Assembly (NCBI GenBank): GCA_951406725.2
Contig: OX597817.1
Span: 91,822,001-91,886,000, forward strand
Reading direction: 5' to 3'
From: Octopus vulgaris
Lineage: Eukaryota
DNA length: 64,000 nucleotides
In this document: piece by piece, positions 30,815 to 44,107 of the stretch
Position numbering within the stretch: the first letter of the stretch is position 1
Layout of the letters: every line of letters begins with the position of its first letter
The notes under the pieces: generated by a model
Databases searched by the model: none
What the model saw: only the letters and a program-made list of their open reading frames with translations
What the model was told of the DNA's origin: nothing
Translations under genes and position numbers: made by a program

Positions 30815-31007
30815 CTTTTATTTGTTTTACTGTGGCCATGCTGGGAAACGACATTGAGGAATTTTTATTCAAATGTTTTGACCCCAGACTTATTTCATTC
30901 TTTTTTTTTTTCATGCCTGGTACTTATTCTATCAGTCCCTTTTGCTGAAGCACTATGTTACGAGGATATAAACACACTAGCACTGGTTGTCAAGCAGTCG
31001 TGGGAGA

Positions 31008-31052
<45 letters not shown>

Positions 31053-31205
31053 TGTCTACCAAATCCACTCACAAGACTTTGATCAGCCTTGTGAGTGGTT
31101 GGCTATATAGTAGGAGACATTTGCCCAAGGTGCCACACCATAGGACTGAGCCTAAAGGTTCTCATGAGGTTGAGAAGCAAGCTTCTTACCACACAGCCAC
31201 ACCTA
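30815..31205 (-). mobile_element. SINE family A (diverged)
   Basis: Similar to 14349-14757. Confidence 0.75.
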
Positions 31206-31481
31206 GGCCTACAACATCTTATTCTACATTATCTTAGCTCATTTCGTTGTCTCAATGAATGAGGTGCCAGATAATCTTGGAGTATAAGAATGTCATCTAT
31301 TCTATTCAAGAGAGATTAACCTTTCAATTTAGTGTTTCTTCCAGGACAGAGTTACAGGAAAGTTGTTTGAATCCAGTCAAAAAACCTAGTATTCTGTACT
31401 GTGTTTATGAAAAGGACTTCTTTTTCATTATTTACATTATTTACAATTAACAGATATTTGTCCTCATCTTGTTTGTTGTTA

Positions 31482-31525
31482 ACACAACATTTTGGCTGAT
31501 ATACCCTCCAGGCTTCATCAGGTGT
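31482..31525 (-). ncRNA. Minimal type-I hammerhead ribozyme motif (G12A-mutated copy)
   Basis: ACAC-CTGATGA-aGCCTG..CAGCC-AAAA-TG-TT-GTGT. Confidence 0.65.
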
Positions 31526-31560
31526 CATGGGGAAATTTCGAACCTGGGTTTTTATTATTA

Positions 31561-31617
<57 letters not shown>

Positions 31618-31621
<4 letters not shown>

Positions 31622-32876
31622 GTTATCAAGAAAGTTCTTGCGGAATTTTAAATTTTGGTTTTAAATTATATATTTTCAAAATGATGTTTGTTACATTACT
31701 TTGACTTTATATATCATTTTAAAGCCCATTTTTCGTTCTATCTATTCATGTTACTATTTCCCATTTTGAATAATTAGGCCATTTTTTCCAGAATGTTGAA
31801 TACAACATGGACAAAAAGTAAATTCATACAATTTTCTTATTCCAGTTCAAGCTAGACCGAAAAGCTGCTGAAACAGCTCACGATATCAACAATGCATTTG
31901 GCCCAGGAACCACTAATGAACGTATGGCACAATGGTGGCTCAAGAAATTTCATAGCAGTGATGAGAGTCTTGAAGATGATAAGCATAGTGGTTGGCCATT
32001 GCATGTTGACAACGATCAACTGAGAGCCTTAGTTGAAGTCAATCCACGCACAACTGTTCGAGAGCTTGCTTCTGAATTAGACGTAACCACTTGAAAGAGA
32101 TTGGAAAAACAAAAGTATTTGAGAAATAGGTATTGCACGAATTGAACAACAACCAAAAACAAAAACAGCGTTTTGAAGTGTCATCTTCCCTTCTGTTACA
32201 CAACAAGAACGACCCGTTACCCAACTGGATTGTGACTTGTGATGAAAAGTGGATTCTATACAACAACTGGCAATGCTCAGCTCAGTGGTTGGATGAAGCT
32301 CCACGGCACCTCCCAAAGCCAAAGTTGCACCAAAAGAAGGTCATGGTGACTGTTTGGTGGTCTGCAGCCGGTCTTATCCATCATAGCTTTTTGGATCCAG
32401 GCGAAACCAGTACGGTGGAGAAGTACTGTCAGCAAATAGATGAAATGCATAAGAAACTCCAACAACAACAGCCAGCATTGGTCAAAATAAAAGGACCAAT
32501 TCTTCTCCATGACAACGTTCGGCCACACGTTGCACAACTGACTCTGCAGAAGTTGAACGAATTGGGCTACGAAACTCTGCCTCATCCACCATACTCACCT
32601 CTTGCCTACCGACTACCACTTTTTCAAGCTTCTCAACATCTTCCTGCATGAGAAATGCTTAAAAAACCAAGACAATGCCAAACATGCCTTCAACGACTTC
32701 TTTGAGATCAGAATGCAGGATTTTTATACTACTGGCATAAATAAACTTGTTTCATATTGGCAAAAGTGTGTTGATTCTGATGGTGTTGATTTCAATTAAT
32801 AAAGTTTTGTTTGAGCCGAGATATGTGCATCTGAATTTAAAGGTTAAAAACCACAAGAACTTTCTTGACAACTTAA
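31618..32876 (+). mobile_element. Full-length mariner transposon with disrupted transposase (~31808-32799)
   Basis: TIRs ..TCAAGAAAGTTCTTG / CAAGAACTTTCTTGA, TA flanks, motifs IVTCDEKW, LHDNVRPH, HPPYSP and PTDYHFF. ~1.26 kb. Confidence 0.93.
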
Positions 32877-32879
32877 TAT

Positions 32880-33017
32880 TATTCTGGTCACTGCCTGGAA
32901 TCAAACTCGGAATCTTGAGGCTAGTAGCCTGCACTCTTAACCACTATGTTATATGGCGTAGTGGTTAAGAGCATGGGGTACTAACCCCAAGATTCCAAGT
33001 TTGATTCCAGTCAGTGA

Positions 33018-33022
<5 letters not shown>
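32880..33022. promoter_or_regulatory. Two divergent tRNA-derived heads (Pol III A/B boxes)
   Basis: Plus copy has A box TGGCGTAGTGG at 32954-32964 and B box GTTTGATTCC at 32999-33008. Mirror copy at 32880-32950. Confidence 0.75.
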
Positions 33023-33105
<83 letters not shown>

Positions 33106-33106
<1 letters not shown>

Positions 33107-33515
33107 TAGAAATCAGCAAAATGTGGAAGCTGAAGACTAAAACAATACCTGTTGTCATAGGTGCCCTGGGAATGATAGCAAAAGGGGCTGATAGCTACCT
33201 AACTCAGATACCAGGAAACCCAAAAATGGCAGAAGTTCAAAAGATAGTGCTCATGGGAACTGCTCATATCCTACGCAAAATACTCTCTATGTAATCTCAA
33301 GGTTTAAAACAAACATAATTTTCGGTTTAAAAAAAAAAAAAAAAAAAAAACCTTTTTTTTTTAGACATTCATTAGTACAACATCCCCACCCCCCAAATAT
33401 ATGGCACACTAGGCATAACAACAACATGAACTTCCAACCCTGTTGTCTCTTGAGGTCTCTGGGTGAGACTTGGAGCCAACTTGTACAAATATAAAGCAAA
33501 AGTCAAACATAGAAT
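33106..33515 (+). mobile_element. R4/Dong 3' fragment nested in the (AAT)n of the tRNA-hammerhead element
   Basis: IEISKMWKLKTKTIPVVIGALG...MGTAHILRK plus 3' UTR. Confidence 0.88.
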
Positions 33516-33579
33516 AATAATAATAATAACATCAAAAAATACCTTAAGAATGAGAACCTAGGTTCGAAATTTCCCCAAG

Positions 33580-33624
33580 ACACATTAAGAAAGCTGGAGG
33601 GTATATCAACCGAAATGTTGAGTT
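33580..33624 (+). ncRNA. Degenerate hammerhead motif (mirror of 31482-31525)
   Basis: GAAA intact; CTGATGA box eroded to ATTAAGA. Confidence 0.5.
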
Positions 33625-33904
33625 AACAACAAACAAGATGAGGACAAATATCCATCAATTGTAAATAATGTAAATAATGTACATAATTCCTGATCTCTTA
33701 AATATAGAACTGGACTTCTTTTTCGTGGTGATTTATCTCCCTGCCAGTGATACAAACAAAAGTGCATTTAGTACCAAAGCCTACATGAGAGTTTCTCTCA
33801 TGGTATCTACTGCAGTATAGCTTGTTCTAACAGAACATTCACATTTAAGTGAGAATAAATATTACCTCTTGGTATTAATACTAACTCTGTCACTAATACA
33901 TATT

Positions 33905-34345
33905 TGAGTGCACCATCTGAGTGTGATCGTTGCCAGAGCAACAAACTGGTTTCCATGCTGGTGCCACATAAAAAACACCATTCAAGCATGATTGTTACCT
34001 GTGTCACCTTACTAGCACTTGTGCTGGTGGCATGGGAAAAAATATTCAAGTGAGGTCGTTTCCAGTGCCGCTGGACTGGCTCCTGTGCAGTTGGCACATA
34101 AAAAGCACAACTTGAGCATGGCTGTTGCCTGTACCACCTGAGTGGCCCTTGTGCCGGTGGCATGTAAAAGCACCCACTACACTCTCAGAGTGGTTGGCGT
34201 TAAGAAGGGCATCCAGCTGTAGAAACTCTGCCAGATCAGATTGGAGCCTGGTGCAGCCATCTGGTTCACCAGACCTCAATCAAATTGTCCAAACCATGCT
34301 AGCATGGAAAGCGGACATTAAACAATGATGATGATGATGATGACT
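33905..34345 (+). mobile_element. Family C retroposon 3' end
   Basis: Shared body and (GAT)n tail. Confidence 0.8.
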
Positions 34346-34654
34346 GACTAATCGCAAAACGAGCAATTGTTTTTTGATATATTGCTAGTGGGGATATGAG
34401 ATACAGGAATAGGATAAAGGTTCAAATCTAGTTAAAGTTAAGTATTCTATATTGTTGTTTCATTTACCATTGTCTACAGATGCCTATTTCAATATCTTTA
34501 TTTTTAGTGAATATATTAACACAAGGACATGCAAGATTGTAAGGGTGCTTAGAAATAGGTGAGGGTTAGTAACAGAAGCAACAGGTCTTAGATAATTTGC
34601 CTCAACAAATTTCATCCAGCCCATGCAAGCATGGAAAAGTGAAATGCTTTAACA

Positions 34655-35060
34655 ATGAAGAGGATGAGGATGATGATGGTGGTGGTGGTGATGGTAGTGG
34701 TGACAGCAGCAGTGGTGGTGGTGGTGATGATGATGATGATGGCGGAGGTGATGGTGGCAGTGGTGATGGTGGTGGAGGCGATGGTTGTGGTGGCAATAGT
34801 GACAGTGGCAATGGTGACAGGGGCAACGATGGCAGAGGTGATGGTAGCAGTTGCAGTGGTGGCAGTAGTGGTGGTGGCAGTAGTGACGGTGGTGGTAGTG
34901 GTGATGGTGGTAGTGGCGGTGGTGATGATGGCAGTGGTGATGGCGGCGATTGTGATAGTGGCATTGGTGGTAGTGGTGGCGGTGGTGGCGTTATGGTGGC
35001 TGTAGTAGTGGTGGTGTCAGTGGTAATGGTGGCAGTGATGGCGCCAATGATGATAACGAT
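34655..35060. repeat. Degenerate (GGT/GAT/GGC)n low-complexity tract
   Basis: Read directly from the sequence. Confidence 0.85.
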
Positions 35061-35216
35061 GTTGTATAAATATTATGTAAACAAAAATAGAGTTTGCAGT
35101 ACACAGTGAAATATATGATAAAGTAATACAATCTCTTTTACAGTACAAATGTTCAATGTTTAATTGAGCAGCAAACTCAGAATAGCCTGTGTTCTAAATA
35201 AGTTTGTATCACTTTG

Positions 35217-35263
<47 letters not shown>

Positions 35264-35509
35264 TGGAGGTGGTGACAGTAATGTTAAGAGTGTTCATGGT
35301 AGCTATAGGTGGTGCAGGGGGGTTGTTGGTTTATAACATTGGTGATAATGGAAGTGGTAGTGATGATGGTGGTGATGGTGCTGCTGCTGCTAGAGCTGTG
35401 GTGGTGGTGATGCTGGTACTGAAGGCGATGCTGATGCTGGTGATGGTAAAGTAGTGGTGGTGGTGGTGGTGGTTGTCGTTGTTGTCGTCATCGTCGTCAA
35501 CATGGTGGT

Positions 35510-35805
35510 GGCGGCGGCGGGAGCGGCGGCGGCAGCGGCCGCTAGCGGCGGCAGCGGCGGCAGGGGCGGCAGCGGCGGCTGCGGCGGCGGCGGCGGCGGC
35601 GGCGGGGGCGGCGGCGGCGGCGGCGGCAGCGGCAGCGGCGGCGGCGGCAGCGGCGGCGGCGGCGCGCGGCGGCGGCGGCAGCGGCGGCGGCGGCAGCGGC
35701 GGCGGCGGCAGCGGCGGCGGCGGCAGCGGCGGCGGCGGCAGCGGCGGCGGCGGCAGCGGCGGCGGCGGCAGCGGCGGCGGCAGCGGCGGTGGTGGCGGTG
35801 GGCGG
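35510..35805. repeat. (GGC)n tract with a 15-bp higher-order unit GGCGGCGGCGGCAGC
   Basis: Read directly from the sequence. Confidence 0.9.
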
Positions 35806-36698
35806 TGATGATGATAGTGGTTTTGCTTGTGATGGTGGTGTGTTGTTTTTGTTGTTGTTTTACCCTTGATCAACCTTTATGCAGACCTATTGCTAATGGC
35901 ATTCCAGTCATGACTATCAAGTATATTTAAACATGCTTAGGATGACAGTATTCAATGATTTCCTTCTTTAAGACAATAGGGTGTGATTTGGATGCTATTT
36001 CTAGCATGTTGTGTGACCATATAGAAGCTTTCTTATTGGCAAGATGTTAGTGTAGCATAACCCCAGGCCTGCTTTAATCCACTAAATTTATGCTCAATGG
36101 CATTCCAGCTACGATGATCCTGTTCATTCTTAAATCACAGTGCACCTAAGACTACATTATCCAATGTACCCTTTTTTAAAAGACTAAGGATGTGCTTAGA
36201 GAAATTTTGACTATTGTTTCCAGCAAGTCAGAGTGCTGATTGTAGGTGTATGTGCCATTGTTATAGTTATTGCTGGTAGTAACTACCATCACCTCATCCC
36301 TACCACTACCACCTCATCTATCACTTATACAATCATAACAGCCACCATGTACTTGGCAACTACACAATCACCACCACAATTAACAGTATTAGCAACATCA
36401 TTTCATATACCACCACCACCACCAGTACCATCACAACAAACACTACTACAAATATCACTATCAATACCATCACCACCAAAACCACCATAACCAATACCAC
36501 CATTGCCAATACCACCACTAGTTCCCACAACAACCACCACAATCAATACAACAATACAACCATTAACCATAGCTACCAAAACTGGCATTTCACAATATCA
36601 CACCAAATAAGAGTTCCTGCTCAATGTTTAAATATTTGATGACAAAATTTGTACTATTGTGGGAAGTAATATAAATCTTGACAATCTCTTATATTTAC

Positions 36699-36739
<41 letters not shown>

Positions 36740-36761
36740 CGTGTGTATGTATATATGTATA

Positions 36762-36796
<35 letters not shown>

Positions 36797-36800
<4 letters not shown>

Positions 36801-36843
36801 CTTGCCTATCTTCTATATTTATATATATATGCGTGTGTGTATA

Positions 36844-36911
<68 letters not shown>

Positions 36912-36954
36912 CTTGCCTATCTTCTATATTTATATATATATGCGTGTGTGTATA

Positions 36955-37027
<73 letters not shown>

Positions 37028-37090
37028 CTTGCCTATCTTCTATATTTATATATATATATGCGGGTGTGTATATATATGTGTGTGTATATA
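36797..37090 (+). repeat. Three tandem copies of a ~113-bp unit containing a microsatellite
   Basis: AATCTTGCCTATCTTCTATATTT at ~36798, ~36909 and ~37025. Confidence 0.85.
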
Positions 37091-37100
37091 TATATATATA

Positions 37101-37211
<111 letters not shown>

Positions 37212-38442
37212 CATACACACATACATACATATATATGTGTGTATATATGTAGAGAGAGAGGGGGAGAGTGAGAGGAAGAGAGTTAGATAGATAGATAGAT
37301 TAATTTGTTTATATTCTGGTTTGGCATGTGTATACATATATATTTATAAATGTGTGTGTGTGTGTGTACATATCCCCGCATATTCATTACTCATATATGC
37401 ATTGCAGCATCAATTTCTTCCTGTTGGCAAGGATTTGAGAAGGAGATATTTCAGACAGAATTTTTACAGGTGGCAGCTGGTGTGTCACCAACCCCAACTC
37501 TTTTTACAAGTAAGGAAGTTTTAATTTCAAAGGAACTCAAAAGTCCTGAGCTAAAAGTGGATATGTTGGTAGGAAATGTCAACAAATATCACCAGTTATG
37601 GACCAGTCATGAACTGGCATCACTGCCTACAGCTCCACTAATATGAAGATGTCATCCTCTATAACACAGCTCATCATAGATTGTAAACATTCACATGCGT
37701 GCACACACACACATACATACACAAACACAGAATGGTATACATATGTCTTTCCAAATATTGTATAAAGTCTCTCCTCTTCCCTTTCCTATTTGTAAACATT
37801 TTCTTCACTCTCAGGGTGATCCTTTCCTCCTGGAGAAAGTTTTCTTCATTTTCCATATCTCATCATCATGTGTGTGTAAAAATACACACATATGCAACCA
37901 CACACACACACATATATGTAAAGAAACTTACACATATATGTAAGGATATTTGTATGTGTGTGCACATGTATGTGTGTATATATATCTATATATCTATATG
38001 TATGTGAAGCTAGGTGCTTTATGGATGCAAAACCCTGGGTAACCCTATGAACCAGCCATAACTATAAATATATACAGATATATGTATATATATATATATA
38101 TCGATTTCTAATTTTGGCACAAGGCCAGCAAGTTTGGGGTAGATGTTAAGTCAATTACATCAACCCCAGAGCTCAATTGGTACTTATTTTACTGACCCAA
38201 AAAGGATGAAAGGCAAGGTCAACATCGGCAGAATTTGAACTCAGAACATGATCACAGACAAAATGCTGCTAAGGATTTTGCTGGGTGTAGTAATGATTCC
38301 GCCAGATCACTTTATTTATACATACATATATTTATATATATACACACACATATATATATATATATGTGTGTGTGTGTCTAGATATATATTTATGTGTGTG
38401 TGTATATATACATTTATATATATGCATACATATATATATATA

Positions 38443-38493
<51 letters not shown>

Positions 38494-38546
38494 ATATATA
38501 TGTATATATATGCATATATATGTATGTATGTATATTTATATTCATT

Positions 38547-38585
<39 letters not shown>

Positions 38586-38889
38586 GGTGGGGTGCTTGTT
38601 GAACACCCTGTGGGACAAAAAATAAGACCCGTCAAAGGGCGGAGGAACTACAAAGTAGTCAACAGTCATTCAACTACGTGTGTTTGTGGAGTGTGTGTGT
38701 ATTGTATATTTCGCATTTTAAGCTCTGTGTTTGTATGGTAAATAACTGTATTTCAGCAGGTGTATGTAGATATTGTATATTGTGTTTTTAAATTGTATAT
38801 ATTGTATGTCAATCTTATTTTAAAATTTACTCAGTTTTTATCCCAATTTTTAATTTGTATTTATTTCTCTTATTTTAATTTTTTTTTTA

Positions 38890-41800
38890 AATAGATGAGG
38901 GGTAAATAGAGGTCCTCTGTTTACCCAAGCCATGGCGAAGGCAGTCTATCTTGGAGAAAGTAACTCTGAATTTAAATACTTCGCTGCTGTCTTTGGTTGG
39001 GCAAAGACTGGGAGAAGGACACTCTGATATAAAACCTGCGACAGCAAATGCACCCAATGATGTTGACTTGCTCTTCTTTTTGGATCTTACTTTGTAGTTT
39101 AGAGAATGGGAATGGTTGCTGTGCAAAACTTTTTCTCACTTTAAAATATGTCAAGCACAGGTATTGCTGGAGAGGAAAAAGAAATGGACATCTTGTATGT
39201 ACATGGCTGGTCGAAGTTTAAAAAGGAACATCTAAACAATGAAAGTTCATATTGATAATGAAGTAAATGGCAAAAAGGTCTCTGGGACATTTTGTTCTGT
39301 GGTTTGGCCCAGCAGGTATCCTAGGGCACCACAGCCTGGATCCAGTCGTCATCCTGCAGCTGTGAGTAAATTCAAATTAAGATGCAAGCCTATGAATATA
39401 GCATGTTGGAATGTTCGAACGTTATTAGACAATGATTGTCTGAAATCTCGTCTGGAGAGAAGATCCGCGCTTGTTGCAAAAGAGTTGCTGTGATATGATT
39501 TGGAAGTTGTAGCGTTAGCCGAAACAAGAATTCATGGAAAGGGGAATTTCGTAGAGAAATCTTCTGGCTGTCGTTTATGTTGGAGTGGTAGAGAGGAGAC
39601 CTATAAGAGAGAATCAGAAGTGGGATTTGCTATCAAAACCACTCTGGCTTCAAAATTTGAGGAACTGTCATGTGGTCATTCGGATTGTTTAATGTCTTTA
39701 AGGCTGCCAATAAGAAAAGGTCGCTATGTAACAGTTATAAGTTCATATGCTCCAACTATGAATTCATCAGAGGATGATAAATTTGCCGTCAATCACTTAC
39801 AGAGAGTATACGCAGTATCCCCCATGATGACAAAGTTGCCATTTTGGGTGATCTTAATGCTCGTGTTGGTGCAGATTGGGAGACTTGGGGTGCCCCAGGG
39901 AAGCATGGGGTTGGGAGTTCCAACAGTAATGGCTTGCTACTGTCATAAATGTGCATAGAAATGGATTTGTGTGTCATGAATACAATGTTTCAACTAAAGA
40001 ATAAGTACAAAACGACATGGATGCACCCTGGTTCTAAGAAATGGCATCATATGGATTACATCCCCACCAAGAAATGAAATACGAGGGACTTTGCTATTGT
40101 ACGAGTGATGCATGGTGCAGAGTGCTGGAATGACCATAGGCTTTTGCATGCCAAGGTGAATTTTGTTGTCAAGCCTAAGGTTAGAGCAAATAATGACAAA
40201 TTACCTAAACGGATTGCTGTGAATAAACTTAAGATTCTGTCAGTATGCAGTGAGTTTGTGAGTGAGACAAATAATTTGTCCAGTGATGGAAGCTGGAAGT
40301 CATTTAAAGAAAGAGTGTGCAAGATTTGTTGTAACATTCTTGGCTTTGTTGTAAAAAAACACCAAGATTGGTTTGACGATAATGATGAAGTTAATCTTAT
40401 CTTAGAGGAGAAGCGAAAGGCATTTAACATGTTGCAAAATGCTGACATGTCAGCGAACAGGAAAGTGGTTACATATTTCAAGGCAGTAAAAGCAACAGTG
40501 TAGAGAAAGCTATGGATGATGCAAGAAAATTGGTGGAGTGATAGATACGATGAAATCCAAGAAACCTCAAACGCTAACAATTCCAAGCATGTTTAATCTC
40601 TCATGAAAAATGTTTATGGACCATTTTAATTAAAGGCAGCATCACTTCAGAGCAAGGATGGCATAGAATTATTAACAAATCCTAAAGAACATTTTGATGA
40701 GTTGCTCAATAGACCTACTAAAGTTGATTTCTCTTTTCTTGATAATATACCCGAGAGACCAATAAAACATCTTACAGCAGAAGTTCCAAACCTGGGTGAA
40801 ATAAAAGCAGCAATCAGGAAATTGAACAATGGAAAGGCCCCTGGATGGACTATGTGCAGAGATATATAAATATGGTGGTGATAATCTTTGTGCAATGTTG
40901 ACGGATGTGATTCAGAGGGTTTGGCAAAGAGAAGAGATTCCTCCGGATAGGCATGATGCAACTATGGACATACTATATAAATCTAAAGGTGGAAAGGATG
41001 TCTTTGATAATTATCACAGCATCTGTCTGTTACCTTTTGCTGGAAAGATCCTTTGTAGGGTAATGCTGGATAGATTGCTTCTGCACATTGCTGAAGAGGT
41101 TCTACCAGAATTGCAATGCGGGTTTAAGGATAGTAGGAGTAATATGAATATATTTTCAGCTAGACAGTTGCAAGAGAAGTGCATCGAACAGGATATGGAC
41201 TTATACCAGGTTTTCACTGACCTAACAAAAGCGTTTGATTCTATCAATAGAATTGCACTTTGGGAGATCCTAAAAAAGCTAGGATACCCTGAAAAATTTG
41301 TGAGAATGCTTAGACAATTTCATGACAAGATGGAAGTGAGAGTTAATGCTGGAGGTACCTTATCAGATCCAATTTCTGTAGGAAATGGTGTAAAGCAAGG
41401 TGATATTCCTGCTCCTACACTGTTTGCTATATATTTCGCAATAGTTTTTCAAATAGCTTTTAAAGATTGCTCTGAAGGGGTCTATATAAGATATAGGACA
41501 ACAGGAAAACTGTTCAATCTCAAAAGACTCTGTACCTGTGACCTGTTGGTACATTCTCAGAAAGATATGCAGTACATGCTGAATGCGATTTCTGCAGCAC
41601 GTGCAGCATTGGGTCTAACAATCAATCTAAAAAAACTGTTATAATGTATCAGCCCACTCCCTCCAAGATGTATGTGGAACCTTTTATAACTGTGAATGGT
41701 CAAAGGCTGGAGATTTATTTATTACCTAAATTTATTTATTTAGGAAGTATCTTGAGCACTGCTGATCTTGATGATGAAATTTCATACAGAAACAGCAGGG

Positions 41801-42737
41801 TTAGTAGTGCTTTTGGTAGGCTTGATAGGCGCCTGTGGAAACAACATAATATATCTTGACAAATTAAAGTTAAGATATATAACACATGCATCCTCCCATC
41901 TTTGCTATATGGAAGTGAGGCATGAGTTGTTTACAGTAGGCAGGTAAGGCAATTGAAATGACTTCATCAATACTGTCTGAGAAAAATTTGGGGAATAAAC
42001 CAGAAAATGGCCATTGGTAATGTGGAGGTGCTTGACAGGGGTGGCAGTAGAAGTATAGAGGCAATGATTTTGCAAAGACATTTGAGGTGAGGTGGGAGGA
42101 AATTTGGTAAGGATCAATGATGAGTGACTGCCCAAGCAGCTATTGTATGGTGAGCTGGAAGATTGCAGGAGACCAGTGCATAAGCCTACACTAAGGTTTA
42201 AGGATTGTCTTAAAAATGCTCTAATACAGACAGGAATTGCAACTGGTAATTGGGAGAGGGAGGCACAAGACCGTGATGGCTGGAGGAAGATAGTGCAAGA
42301 TGGTTGTTCAAAGTTTGAGAGGGAGAGAGTGAAGTATGAGATAATTAGGAGGGGGCTTAGAAAGGGGGAAACCTGTGGAGAGTGAGAGAGTGTTACTTTT
42401 TATGTGTGTGGTTTGTGGGCAGAGGTGTTTGAGTCATAGAAATCAACCCATGATAAACAATGATGTGGCTGTTAAAATTTATAACAGAACATTTGTAAAA
42501 TGTGGAAGGGTGTGCCTCTCAGTTGGAGGTCTAAAAAGACATGTTAAGAGAGTGCTTATGGTGTGACCTGTTTCTCCTGCAAGCCAGGACAGTTGTCTAG
42601 TATGTAATAAAATGTGTAAAAGTTTAGCCAGGCTTAAAAGTCATATAAGGCTATCATAGGGCAACAATCATGAATCATTTCAGTAAGTCTTCTTGGCAAT
42701 GGCTTTTCTTGTGTAACAAGGATGCAGCTGGCATATA
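38890..42737 (+). mobile_element. Near full-length decayed RTE-clade LINE (APE endonuclease, RT, C-terminal C2H2-like fingers)
   Basis: IACWNVRTL, ALAETR, YAPT, GDLNARVG, DLTKAFDSI, GVKQGD, YLGS, LYGEL. Ends in (TA)n. 5' boundary approximate. Confidence 0.9.
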
Positions 42738-42943
42738 TATGTGTACATCTATACATATATACACATACACATATATGTATGTGTGCATATATGTATATAT
42801 GTATATATATATATATGTATATATATATGTATATATATATATATTTATTAGTAAATATATATGTATATATATATATATTTATTAATATATAAATATATAT
42901 AGATATAGATAGATAGCTATAGATATAGATATGTATGTATATA

Positions 42944-43856
42944 CAAGTTGACGTACCCGGTAATTCCTGTGAAAAGCAGGACTGATCCCTTGGTTCCATT
43001 CTCATAATTGTTTCGCTAATCCAATAGCAACAATGCAAAGTATGTAGCCCTTAAAAATGTTTTTTTGCATTTACGGAGATTACTGAACTGTCTTACACAG
43101 GATCTTATTTTATGTAATTCCCAAGAATATCCAAATTGTGAGTCAGTTATGTAATAACATGAAATTAGTTACCTGATAGTAAGAATTCAAATGAAGTAGC
43201 ACCAAAATGGGCTTTAATGCGTTTCCAGAGTATATAGAACATAGGAGAAAATACATATAAGGTATGAATACTAAAATCGCGAAGCATGTTACGTAATAAC
43301 AGGCTAATCAGATATAAGATAATAACAATTCAAAGTAAACATCTCTGAAAAGGGCTTTTGTGCATTCCAAGAGAATATTACCCTCAGGGGCGCTAGTGTT
43401 GGTATATTCGGGAATAAATCACTAACCAAAATAAGTGGGTCTTTTGTTTAGGAAAATACTATTTACTTGTTTAAGGATTGTACTGGATAAATTGCGAAAA
43501 TAAATCTAGCAGTTCAAATATTAAGAAATAAGCATACTCAATTTCATTTTTACCAAATAATTTAGGAAAACGAATGGGTTATTCCACTTGGCTATATACA
43601 CGGGTCCATTCCAGGGGTAAATGGATTATTTCCCTTGGCTTTTCAAATAAAATATATTAGATATATATATATAAGGATCCCTCCCAGGGGCCCTATTACC
43701 GATTTTTTTCAACAATCTGAGTATGCCATGAGGTTTCCAGACATGAATTGTACTCATGCATCAAGTTTCATCAAAATTGATATAACGATGTAGGAGGAGT
43801 TAGCTAATGACTCCATAAGCACACCCACAGACAGAATTTCCCACATATGTAGTAGA
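42944..43856 (-). mobile_element. Non-autonomous Helitron-like element
   Basis: Minus strand starts A|TC and ends CTTG|T, with a degenerate CCCGG hairpin just inside. Confidence 0.6.
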
Positions 43857-44048
43857 TATCTATGTGTATATATATGTATATATGTGTGTGCATATATATA
43901 TATGTGTGTGTGTGTATATATATATATGTATATATATACATATGTATATGTATATGTATATATATGTATATATATGTATATATATGTATATGTATATATG
44001 TATATATGTATATACGTATGTATATGTATATATATATACATGTGTATG

Positions 44049-44107
<59 letters not shown>

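Larger units (their letters stand above)
31427..33711. mobile_element. Head-to-head pair of a tRNA-head/(AAT)n/hammerhead-tail element, with nested mariner and LINE
   Basis: Arms mirrored about ~32952. 13-bp direct repeat GGACTTCTTTTTC at 31414-31426 and 33712-33724. Confidence 0.85.

Noticed and set aside
32951-33022. Functional tRNA gene
   Set aside because: No acceptor stem or T-terminator. It is a SINE-type head in a mirrored repeat.
34597-35930. Gly/Pro/Ala-rich ORFs
   Set aside because: Translations of triplet repeats open in several frames on both strands, with no supporting splice context.
38890-39300. HDV-like ribozyme in the RTE 5' UTR
   Set aside because: Known for some RTEs, but I could not assemble the nested pseudoknot by eye.
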